Shown here: positions 1 through 10,103 of the stretch, one piece after another | How the letters are laid out: every line of letters starts with the position of its first letter | How positions within the stretch are numbered: the stretch's first letter is position 1 | Assembly: GCA_950097015.1 (NCBI GenBank) | Contig: CATNEN010000039.1 | Span: forward strand, 18,848,001-18,912,000 | Length of the DNA stretch: 64,000 bases | Origin: Macrostomum hystrix | Lineage: Eukaryota > Animalia > Platyhelminthes | Direction of reading: 5' to 3' | The notes under the pieces: generated by a model | What the model was told of the DNA's origin: nothing | Databases searched by the model: none | The model's input: only the letters and a program-made list of their open reading frames with translations | Made by a program: the position numbers and the translations under genes

Positions 1-487
1 GCTGAGCTCTTCAGCCAAGGTGTCATTCACCATCCGGTGCCGCTGCAGCCTATTCACCAACGCGAACCGGTCGGAGACCACCACGACCTGGTTGTGGAGA
101 CAGATTGAATGAATATTTTAAACAGTTTGTTATCATACTTTCCTACAAGCCTACTATTAGTAGTATTTTTTATCAATAAAACACTTGTTAACCATACTAC
201 TAGAGTAAAATCACACACACTAGCAAGAATAGTCCGAAGGTCTCTAAAAATAGTAGCAGAAAATTTAACGCACTAAAAACTTTAAGACCTTACACAACTT
301 GATTTCTGAAATAGAAGAAACAGACATCCCTAACCTTGAAATGAGACTCCCCGGTGGGTCCCGCGCCGTGGCCAGCAGAATCGTTAATAATTAACAGGTG
401 ACTTGGCGATAAGGCGGCGGTAAGCTTTGAGCGCAGATCAGCAGCCACAGGGCCCTGATAGCCTTCGTCTAGTGCACCGCCGGACAT
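1..487 (-). CDS. BOLA1: BolA-family protein (BolA1-like), 5' part; exon 487-335, intron 334-88, exon 87-<1
   Basis: Spliced translation MSGG...SKLTAALSPSHLLIINDSAGHG...GESHFK|VVVVSDRFALVNRLQRHRMVNDTLAEELS contains the BolA motifs (SHF.V.VVS..F, RL.RHR.V...L.EEL). The intron is GT-AG and in phase 0. Confidence 0.9.
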
Positions 488-610
488 TGATTAGCTGGCT
501 ATCTCTGAAGGACAAATAACTGCTGCTGGCTTTAGTACTGAGTAGTAGATTTTTTAATGAAAATGTTAACAATGGTGAACTTGTCCGACTTTTATACGTC
601 TGGTTAGGGA

Positions 611-1279
611 GCCAGGTGACTGGGAGGGTGTGGCTGTGGAATCAGGTGACTGGGAGGGTGTGGCTGTGGAATCAGGTGACTGGGAGGGTGTGGCAGTGGA
701 ATCAGGTGACTGGGAGGGTGTGGCTGTGGAATCAGGTGACTGGGAGGGTGTGGCTGTGGAATCAGGTGACTGGGAGGGTGTGGCTGTGGAATCAGGTGAC
801 TGGGAGGGTGTGGTAGGGGAATCAGGTGACTGGGAGGGTGTGGCTGTGGAATCAGGTGACTGGGAGGGTGTGGCTGTGGAATCAGGTGACTGGGAGGGTG
901 TGGTAGGGGAATCAGGTGACTGGGAGGGTGTGGCAGTGGAATCAGGTGACTGGGAGGATGTGGCAGTGGAATCAGGTGACTGGGAGGGTGTGGCTGTGGA
1001 ATCAGGTGACTGGGAGGGTGTGGCAGTGGAATCGGGTGACTGGGAGGGTGTGGCAGTGGAATCAGATGACTGGGAGGGTGTGGCAGTGGAATCAGGTGAC
1101 TGGGAGGGTGTGGCTGTGGAATCAGGTGACTGGGAGGGTGTGGCTGTGGAATCAGGTGACTGGGAGGGTGTGGCTGTGGAATCAGGTGACTGGGAGGGTG
1201 TGGCTGTGGAATCAGGTGACTGGGAGGGTGTGGCAGTGGAATCAGGTGACTGGGAGGGTGTGGCAGTGGAATCAGGTGA
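611..1279. repeat. 30-bp minisatellite (GGAATCAGGTGACTGGGAGGGTGTGGCTGT), about 22 copies
   Basis: Direct tandem periodicity of 30 nt, with occasional 1-nt indels. Confidence 0.97.
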
Positions 1280-1814
1280 GGGTGCTTGCTACTGAATAAA
1301 TAAATAATAATAAACTTGCACTGGAAAGTGAGAGCAAATTGAATATTTGCATATAAGAGTTGTTTAACTGAATTGTTTTATTTGTTTCTAAGTGTTTCTA
1401 CTAGCTCTAAAGCTATTTAAAGATAATAATGAATGTTAATTTTACTTATTGATATTCTACAGAGACTGCTGGCAGTTGAGCACAAGTTAGTAGAGTTGGT
1501 GCAGCCAGATTTTTTACTCATAGTTTATATTAAAAGAGCACTGACTTTTCTATTACTAACAAGAATACATATTTGAATACAAGGGGTGTGAATGGCTCTC
1601 TATAAACAGCACGAACAAAATAAACAAAAACCTTTCATAGTAGACTAACAAATTGCTATAATATTAATCGACTTTTAAGTCCGGCTATTAAGTTGATGCT
1701 TTCCAAAATACGTCTAGTTAATAACATTATCTAGGTACTCAGTTGATAAGCGAAAATAGTATTAATTATAGTCAGCACAATTCCTTGCATCGCAACTAAT
1801 TGAGTCGGCCAAAC

Positions 1815-2276
1815 TCAAACGAAGTAGTGATGAAAGTATCGCCTGTAAGAATAGTCCTTCTTAGCGTTGAGAGCATAGAAGCCGTAGGCAATGGGATCGA
1901 TCCACAGGCCGCGCGGATTATGAAAGATTGGCGTAGAGAACCAATGACCAACCTTCCATTCTGGCACGTCCTTCATTAGCTCGCTTTCAGCGTCGCGCAA
2001 TTTTAATAGATGCTTCAGATACAAGCGGTTCCGTTCGGCCAATAAGAATGGCCAGATGGCTATACGCGTCTCGCGCGCCTCATGCGTCTGATAGTAGTAC
2101 TTCTCGCGTTGAGGCAATATCCACAAGGTCAAGCCGGCGTAGGACCACAGATAGGCGCCGGCGATTAAAATATGACCGCGAAATGGTCGCTTAATCTGTT
2201 TGCGAACGAAGTCGATCGGTTTAAAGCCGCCTTTCGGTGGCATCTCCTGCTTGAAGCCGCCGGGATGCGAATCCAT
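1815..2276 (-). CDS. NDUFA13: NADH dehydrogenase 1 alpha subcomplex subunit 13 (GRIM-19), single coding exon, 153 aa
   Basis: KQEMPPKGGF.PI N-terminus, one TM segment, and RIAI.P.L.AER.R..L and E.ELMKDVP.WKVG motifs typical of GRIM-19. Confidence 0.93.
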   Translation of the reverse strand: MDSHPGGFKQEMPPKGGFKPIDFVRKQIKRPFRGHILIAGAYLWSYAGLTLWILPQREKYYYQTHEARETRIAIWPFLLAERNRLYLKHLLKLRDAESELMKDVPEWKVGHWFSTPIFHNPRGLWIDPIAYGFYALNAKKDYSYRRYFHHYFV

Positions 2277-2394
2277 GACTCAATAAATTTAGGACCTACT
2301 GCGGGAAGAAACAAATGCCGGGTTTGTGAGCTTTTTATTAGTCAGATCATGAAAGCTCAACTTGTAGGCCATGCAGCAAATAGCTTATAATCAG

Positions 2395-2918
2395 GTAGAC
2401 TAGCTTGCTTGACAACAATTAAATAGAGAAAACTCAGAATCAACATTTAAATTTTCTTAGAATTTTGCCAATGCATTTCGACCACAATTGGTCAGGGCAG
2501 ACACATCAATTAAACACACAGAACCAAGTTATATATGTTTTTTAAGAAATGAAAACTGTACATTGCAAAGTGCGAATCAATTTCGGTCCAGTCCGGTTAA
2601 CAAGAGAAAAGAACAACAACCAAATAAAGTTCAATGACGCTTCTACCATAGCTAAAACACATTTAGTTGGCGGCTTGCACCCCCCATGGCTAACTGACTG
2701 TTCAAATATGGTTTCTGAGCCTTAATGTACATAGCCTCGAGAATATTCAATTTGTTTTCTTGTCTACAGGAATCAATCACTTTAAACATATCACAACAGT
2801 TCTTATTGCAGCAGGAGTTAAATTGATGTGTCTTTAATTGATGTGTCTGCCCTGAAGATGACCGATTGTGGTCGAAATGCATTGGCAAAATTATAAGAAA
2901 ATTTAAATGTTGATTCTG
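2395..2918 (-). mobile_element. 5'-truncated Penelope-like retroelement with an inverted terminal copy
   Basis: Minus-strand peptide FKVIDSCRQENKLNILEAMYIKAQKPYLNSQL matches the GIY-YIG C-terminus of PLEs. About 90-bp inverted repeats (2433-2520 vs 2827-2920). A 13-bp direct repeat AGCTTATAATCAG flanks it at 2382-2394 and 2919-2931. Confidence 0.8.
2848..2887 (+). ncRNA. Minimal type I hammerhead ribozyme motif
   Basis: TGCC (stem I) - CTGAAGA - tGACC/gattgt/GGTC (stem II) - GAAA - TGCA palindromic loop - TT - GGCA (stem I partner). This is the architecture of PLE-associated minimal hammerheads. Confidence 0.75.
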
Positions 2919-3559
2919 AGCTTATAATCAGTTATGGCAACATCAATATTCACGATCTTATGTTTTGCTAGTTTTGTATTCTTAAATGTTGAACTTTAAA
3001 TAACTTAGCTCTACAAATCAATATTAAATTTCAGCTATCAAAGTTGTGAAGTATTTTGGTATATATTCTATGATTACATTATTGTTATATTAGCATAGTA
3101 ATTTATTTTTATTTGCAGGAGGGCTGTGGGCGTTGGCACATCATTCCTCAGCTAAATCCTGGTTTATGTTTCACAATGTCTTCAGTAAGGGCCTATATAT
3201 GATTATATTCAATAGACACTAACTAAATTGTTAAGTTGTTTTGACTTTGTTTTAACTTGTACCACAATTTTTTTAAATCTGGTATTGATAAATTTGCTTT
3301 GAAGAAAAAAATCTATATTATATTTATTTCTATCACAATTTTGCATAAAAATCTAGAAAAGTTATATAATCCTAATTGAGTCTTGATTTATCTCTGTCAA
3401 GAAAACTGAGAGAGACAGAATGAATTGTCAAGCTGGCCTGCAGGTAGCTTATGGAGAGTAGCAAAGTCATGTGAAGTGTGAGAGGGCATTGTGCCCTGGA
3501 CTATATATTTAAACATGGTCAAGTTGGACAGACTGGAGGAGGTTGGCGGTACGATAGCA

Positions 3560-3720
3560 AGAGTGCGCGACTGAGGGTAGGAGAGGAGGCTAGAATGTGA
3601 GCTGCGGACCAATCATAAAGGAGGAAAGAAAGAAAGGATAGAGAATGAGAGATCAGCCGCAGAGATAACAAGAGAGAAAACTAGATTGAACTGGACAATG
3701 TAAACAAAAAAGTGCAGAGA
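3560..3720 (-). repeat. Dispersed CT-rich repeat fragment; related copies near 13990-14110 (+) and 31430-31540 (+)
   Basis: Shared core GCGGCTGATCTCTCATTCTCT...CCTT...TGATTGGTC between this copy (reverse complement) and 14020-14075. The third copy is more degenerate. Confidence 0.55.
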
Positions 3721-6700
3721 ACAAAATAGTGAATAGAGGACAGAAGGCAGAGACAAAAGTTGCGACAATCTCTAACTATGCATATAAACTTTAACATCTA
3801 GGTCACTACGTGTCAGTTAATAGTATATGGACTCTTTAAACAGATCATCATCTATCTATTTTACAAATAAAATATATGTTCAAATCTTTCTTATTTACCC
3901 TATTAATTTTAATTTTTAATATATATACCCTAAAACTCTGATATGATTGCCAAATTAACAAGTAAATGTGTAATATTCTTCAGTAATTAATTCAATATTA
4001 TTCTTCACTATCACTTGCCTATATTTTATGATTGATATTTGATTTGAATGGCCATACTGTAGCATTTTACAGTATGTACTTATCCTTTATTTAAATGCAT
4101 TTGTTTTAATTATCATAAATTACAGCTATCCTATAGAACTGTTTGTTTGATTATTTTTCCACTTCAATTTGTTTCTATTATATTTAGAAAATTAAAAAAA
4201 TTATAAAAAAAATAACAAATAATTTTGCTTCCTGTGTGTGTTAAACAGTTAATTTGTTTATGTGTTTCATATTTTTGAACTCTGCAAATATAAAAGAATT
4301 GAATTTAAATTTAAGCAGAAAAATAATGAAACCAATGGTTCTATAGGATAGCCTGAATTACATACATAAATTCAACAATAAGTCATTTTGCAAGAGTTCG
4401 CACCAATTGGGTAGTATTGTTTGCTTGTCAAGGCTAAAAGAGAGATTTTTGACCAATAATTTAATTCACAATAACGACCACACCTAAAGTATTTTACTTT
4501 ACTACAAATAATGATTTCATAGGTTCCCAAAAACTATAATAAAAGTATAAAACTATTATAACTAAGCATGGTTAAGATTCATTAGACAAACAAATAACAT
4601 GTTTAGGTTTATGGTGCAGTTGATTATTATTAGGCCTAGACTTAGAGAAAGCCTATGGTTTACTAAAGCACTTTCAGTAACTGCATACATTAATTTAAAT
4701 GGGTTAAAAATTAAGTAGCAAGATACGCTTGAAACGGTGTATCAATTAAATAAAGAAGTTATTTAGGACTCATGACTGATATTTAACAATAATAATTGAA
4801 AATGCTTCATAATTATCAAACTAAATATGGAAGAACACAATAATAGTATAATATGTCAAAGCTACGTAAGTCCATGGAAAGTGCACAGCGCGCGAGCGCG
4901 AGCCGAAGATAAAAATAAAAAATCGTACTTTCAGACAAATTAAATTTGCCGACTGAGTTATGCTTGGAAAAATAAACAAATAACCGTTAAATGATGCTAT
5001 AACTAACTATTTTGTCAGGTCGTAAAAAAAATTTTTTTTTTAAATATTCTATTTTGAGCCATTTACAGTGATAATCAGCTTGTTCTTGTGCAACGTGTAA
5101 AAAAGGATGCAATCAACTTAACTCCACATAATGATCGAAGTTTATCATAACTTGACTCATCAAGAAAGAAAGCAATAATATATCAATAATATTATCATAT
5201 ATAATAGATCTATCAAGAAATAGATCTATCAAGCAAACGCTCACATATATATATTTTGTCGATGTGCTTCGACTGGACACTGGACTTTGGATATAGGACT
5301 TTTTCTACTCAATTAATGAAGTCAAATTTTATAAGTCATCTACCTTACCCTATCACATTACCAATAAATTATCTATTTAGTTTAAACGTGCACTGCATAT
5401 ACCTGTACTATTGACATGTGCCTAAATTTCGAGTGCAAGCTCGCGGTTAAAATTCTGTGGGACCATTGTAAACTCTATGTCTGTAGTTGATTGCATGTAA
5501 ACGCTGTAAAAATTTATGTAAAAGGATCTGCCTTGTTTCTGGCGTCTGATCTACTCTCAATGCCGTCGGATTGGCGACTTCTATCCTTGGGAGGTCCCCA
5601 ATAAATTGCTAGCATCTAGCAGCTAGCAGTATCCTGAAGGCATAGCAATAGGACTGATTAAGTTTTCAAATTAGTAAGAACCTTAGATAAGATAGATGCG
5701 TGCCTGCACTGCGTCCCGGCCGTGAAGTCGGGGAAGATAACCCTGGAGAAAATTGCGTAGCGAGCTTATAAAAGGCTGCAGAATTGGTCTTCAGAATTGC
5801 CTGCTGTTGCATGGTGCGGTTTGCCCCAAAACAGGCGATACGATCGAGATTCAAAAATTAGTAATGCTTGCTGGTACCGCGGAGCTTAGAAGTTCGTGAC
5901 CTCCAAGAAGTACCCAGGCAGCTAGAGGCGCACCGATTTTGGCGTCCGCAAGCGTCCGCGAGTTCGTTGCCTCAAAAACCTTTCGAGGCAGTGTAATAAA
6001 ATGAATGTCCTAGCTGGAGCGAGAGGAATTTTAAAGCTAGCGACTATTCACTATTCACCGGGGTCGGTGTCCTACCAATCGTTTCAATAGCAGCAGGGAA
6101 TCTGAAATTAAATAGCGTTAGAGTACTAGGGTAGCAAGCGAAGCGGAATAGGAAATGTCGTCCTCCGGCCCGGCGAAACTCCCAATGAAAAAGGAATAAC
6201 AGTGTGAACACAATACTCGAATAATTTGATTAGAAGTGATTTGATCAGCTGTGACTAAGATTCCAGATACGAATAGGAATTACTTTGAATATCGTTTACT
6301 TGACTTAAAAGTTATACTGACAGAATAGATGTTCGCACAGAAATAAATTATAGCGCGCTCACAGTGAGAAGCAAGTCTGGCCTAACAATTTGGATATAAC
6401 AATTTTACCTAACTGGCCTAATCCACGCCCTACTCTTCCCGAGAGGCTCCGGTTGTCTCTGCTTTCAGCGCTGCCCCGACAAATCCTATCGGTTGGCACT
6501 CCTTCTGCCGGACGGCGGAGTCTCCGAAGAGAGCACGTACTGACTTCGACAACCAGCGCCTATCTAGACCACCCTTGTCAGCGGCGCACTCTCAAGACGC
6601 GTAGCGCCGAAAGCTACCTAACTGAACAAGCGGAGCGTGGTCGGGCGGGGAAGGACAAAACAAGTGGACTTAATTTGCTGGCGCGTGCTTCTCACAGTGT

Positions 6701-7319
6701 GAGGCGAATTGCCGATAGCGATAATTTGCACGTGCTTCTCACAGTGTGAGGCGGATTGCAGAAAAAGATAATTTTGGACTACCAAAAACACGCTTCGTTA
6801 TATAGAGTCATTTCAACCCCAAACTAGGTCGATCGGCGAGGTGGATGCCTGGCTGTAGCTTGAGCCAAGGTGACAAATCACAGTAGACTTGCGACCGCCG
6901 TTCTGAGCCCCGGGGTTGCTTCTTGCCGAGGGTAGACAGGTAGTGAGGCCAGGTCGCTCGCTGATTGGCCGGGACCGTAGCCCAGGGGTAGCGCTCGCGG
7001 GGTGGTGGGCGTCCGTTCCCCCAGCTGGTCCGGCCCGGCTTGGCGTGGGTGACTCTTAGCAAAAACACACGCGTCTAAAAATAGATAATTAAGCACTGAA
7101 AAATAACACGGGGAGATAGAAGTACAAACAAGCTGACACTACAGCAGGGACCCATTTGACGGTAACCATGAGAAGCGACTGCAACGCAGCAGCACATTTA
7201 CTCTTCTTTTCGGTGTCGGGTCGAAGTGATTTTTCACCGTGCATGTCATTTTAGCTAGCCTAAGCGGACGAATTAAGATCCAATTTTAATGTATAAAACT
7301 AATTATATCATTGGGTAGA

Positions 7320-7455
7320 GCAACAAGGTTAGCCAAGTTATATCAAAAGAACAGCTTCTTATCTGCTTCCAATCAAAAGCTGTCACCAATCAAATCTGAA
7401 AAAAATGAAAAATTTCCTATCTCCGTAGTGTATTTTTTCGCGAAAACCTGCCTTA
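7320..7455 (-). mobile_element. Old DNA-transposon terminus (TTAA-GGCAG.. end, Kolobok/Crypton-like); second copy at about 14287-14430 (+)
   Basis: The reverse complement (ttaaggcaggttttcgcg...gacagcttttgattggaagcagataagaagctgttcttttgatata) aligns by eye with 14289-14408 (gaaggcagattttcaaagg...gatagctttttattagaagcagatccaatgctgttcttttaatata). The family assignment is a guess. Confidence 0.5.
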
Positions 7456-7744
7456 AAATATTTTTCTAAGAAACGCACTTTCCCGTCCTTCTACTCCTGG
7501 TAGTCCTTGTATAAAGTATGCACGGGAAAGAGGAACAAAACGATCAAACGACAAAGGCAGTCAATGTCTTTTGCGCAAAATCTGATTCAGCAACTTTAAT
7601 TAGTATCGCACGCTTCGACTTTGTTGCAGTCTGTTTTCTTCTTGTGTCACGTGCTTCGCAAATTTGACACCGCTTAAAAGTTCTATTGAGAAATCGTTTA
7701 TGCTATCAGAATGCAAATACAATTCCATGGGATTTTGTTGACAC

Positions 7745-8345
7745 TCATTGGACTTTTAGCGATAGCCGTGTGGGCCTCAATGACACCCAGCTGAGGTTGT
7801 GGAACCAGCTCATCCACATTGGCTCTACAATCTCGCTAGGCGGATAAATTCCGTTTGGATTTGAAGTTGCGCAAAAGTTGAACCAGCAGCCGCTACGGCC
7901 GTGGTAAATTTTGGAGCATGAGCCTGGAAACAGGTCATTGTCTCGGTCCAAGGTGGAGAACCTCATTCTATTGTGATCGCTGAGAAAGTCGAATTCGATG
8001 TCTGAGCGCGCAGAATCGAGCGGCGCCACCGTCATTGCGTAATTCGTGCTGGCACTCTGGACAAGAAAGTTCGAGTACTCTTGCTGCAACGTGACATTGG
8101 ACCAGGTGAGCAGTTGGACTAGCAGGGTGAGCCCGTGAGAATAATCTGCGCTGATCTTGTGAATGACTCGCAATCCTGAGGTTGGAAACAGCAGGAAAAA
8201 GAGAGTATGGACTGGAAGTTTCATTCTGTAAGTTCTGTCATAAAAAACGCACCAATCCAGAAGTTGACTTGATCGCCAAAGCCGGTCTCGTAGGTTCCCC
8301 ATCACCTGATGTCAGTGACTGAAGCTTCGAAGGACATGCGTCGGT
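7745..8345 (-). pseudogene. Fibrinogen-related domain (FReD) gene fragment; exons about 8345-8253 and 8175-7745
   Basis: HRRMSFEASVTDIR*WGTYETGFGDQVNFWIG|LRVIH...HNRMRFSTLDRDND...CSK...GCWFNFC..SNPNG.Y contains the fibrinogen C-domain motifs. There is a 77-bp GT-AG intron, an in-frame TGA at 8304-8302, and a SINE abutting the upstream coding sequence. Confidence 0.75.
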
Positions 8346-8590
8346 GCAGAGCCGTTAACGCATTTGCATCTCGCGCCAAGTTCCCTATTCTCGATTTCGC
8401 GGCGAGGCCACAGTTATTTGGAGCGCAGCCGCGGAGGAAGCCTTGGGGGCTTGTCATGCAATTCACGGCCTTCAGGGCCAACCTCCAAGGCGCTGTGACA
8501 TTGTACACTGCCTGACGATGAGAAAGTCAGATCAGATGTACACACCTGTGTGAGCCTGTGCCTGTGTACAGTATCTGTGTACGTGTGTCC
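8343..8590 (+). mobile_element. tRNA-derived SINE family A, 3'-truncated copy
   Basis: Matches the full-length copies at 33277-33637 and 35129-35481. Confidence 0.85.
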
Positions 8591-8825
8591 ATTCCCATTC
8601 TCCATCTCATGACAATTGTTGCTTTTCTTCACAAAATAAAAGACCAACGTATTCTGCTAATTTTTGTGTCAGCTCAATTCAAGTCACCATATCAGTTCAG
8701 AAGTTCACAAGTCAATTTAAAGGAACAAAAAATATATTATACACTCGAATTATATGAACAGATGGCACTAAAATTCAATGTCACTCCTCACCTTTACAAT
8801 CATCTCTCCTCTCTACCAGACTCTT

Positions 8826-9297
8826 TATTCTACTCTTCTCTCCTCTCCTTAGCTCTACTCTACTCTTCTCCACTCTCCTTAGCTCTACTCTACTCTTCTC
8901 CACTCTCCTTAGCTCTACTCTACTCTTCTCCACTCTCCTTAGCTCTACTCTACTCTTCTCCACTCTCCTTAGCTCTACTCTACTCTTCTCCACTCTCCTT
9001 AGCTCTACTCTACTCTTCTCCACTCTCCTTAGCTCTACTCTACTCTTCTCCACTCTCCTTAGCTCTACTCTACTCTTCTCCACTCTCCTTAGCTCTACTC
9101 TACTCTTCTCCACTCTCCTTAGCTCTACTCTACTCTTCTCCACTCTCCTTAGCTCTACTCTACTCTTCTCCACTCTCCTTAGCTCTACTCTACTCTTCTC
9201 CACTCTCCTTAGCTCTACTCTACTCTTCTCTCCTCTCCTTAGCTCTACTCTACTCTTCTTCACTCTCCTTAGCTCTACTCTACTCTTCTCCCTTCTC
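8826..9297. repeat. 30-bp pyrimidine-rich minisatellite (AGCTCTACTCTACTCTTCTCCACTCTCCTT), about 15 copies
   Basis: Near-perfect 30-nt periodicity. Confidence 0.97.
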
Positions 9298-10103
9298 CAT
9301 TTTTAATTGCTAACAATTTTCCATTTCAAATGGCCTGAACAGGTCAGTAGTGCTCAATTTATCAGATATAATCCTAGTTATGAAACAAGGCAAGGTGTGA
9401 GTCATAGCCAGTTTTAGAAAGGCTATTATTAGAATGGCAATACAACACACCACTAACAGTCAGGTTCAAAACGGTTTGTTGCTTTGCTTTTCGAGTCTAT
9501 TCTCAATTCTGATGTGTTTCTGGCTGTTTTCTTTCCTATCCTTTGCATTTTTTCTCGTCAATAACTTTGAAATAGCTTTTTTTATCACAAAAGCCGCTGC
9601 TCAAGCTTCGGTGGTAGCAGAAGGTTGGACTATTGTTTTATGTTTTCGAAGAGCAGCTGACATCGTGTGCGCGCGTGGCAGCAGCGAGCGACAGGGCGAA
9701 CGAAAAATAGATGAAAAAGCCGCGAAAGAAGAGAAAAGAAAAGAAGGGCCGGTGCACAATAGGCTTCTTGAAGGCTAGCTTGAAGGCTATTTTAAAATGA
9801 AACTTCTCCGACCAATGGTCAGGCTTCCTCAGGTGGGACCACCAGAAAAAAAGCACGCAGAAAGAATAGAAAGAGGAGCGTCAGAGAGCCAACAGTTCGA
9901 AGGATAGAGTACACGCGAGAGAGCTTCAATTAGCGACTCGCCACTTTATTTTTAGCTATAGACCTGCACTGCTCGGTGGCTTGGCAACCATGGTGTTTCG
10001 CTTTTTTAAATATATCCTAAGCCTCATAGGTGGCAGATGTTAGAGTTTTCCAGCTTCGAATCGGTTTAAATACTGAATAAATTGGTCTTAAACAACTTGT
10101 AAA

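Noticed and set aside
616-1299. ORFs of 221 and 127 aa (VAVESGDWEG / GRVWLWNQVT repeats)
   Set aside because: They are by-products of a stop-free 30-bp minisatellite, with no ATG context or unique sequence.
8302-8304. In-frame TGA as selenocysteine
   Set aside because: The position is not a conserved Cys in FReDs, I saw no SECIS, and the adjacent SINE insertion favours pseudogenisation.
8558-9313. Leu/Ser-rich 251-aa ORF and the antisense Arg/Glu-rich ORF
   Set aside because: They are translations of the 30-bp minisatellite.
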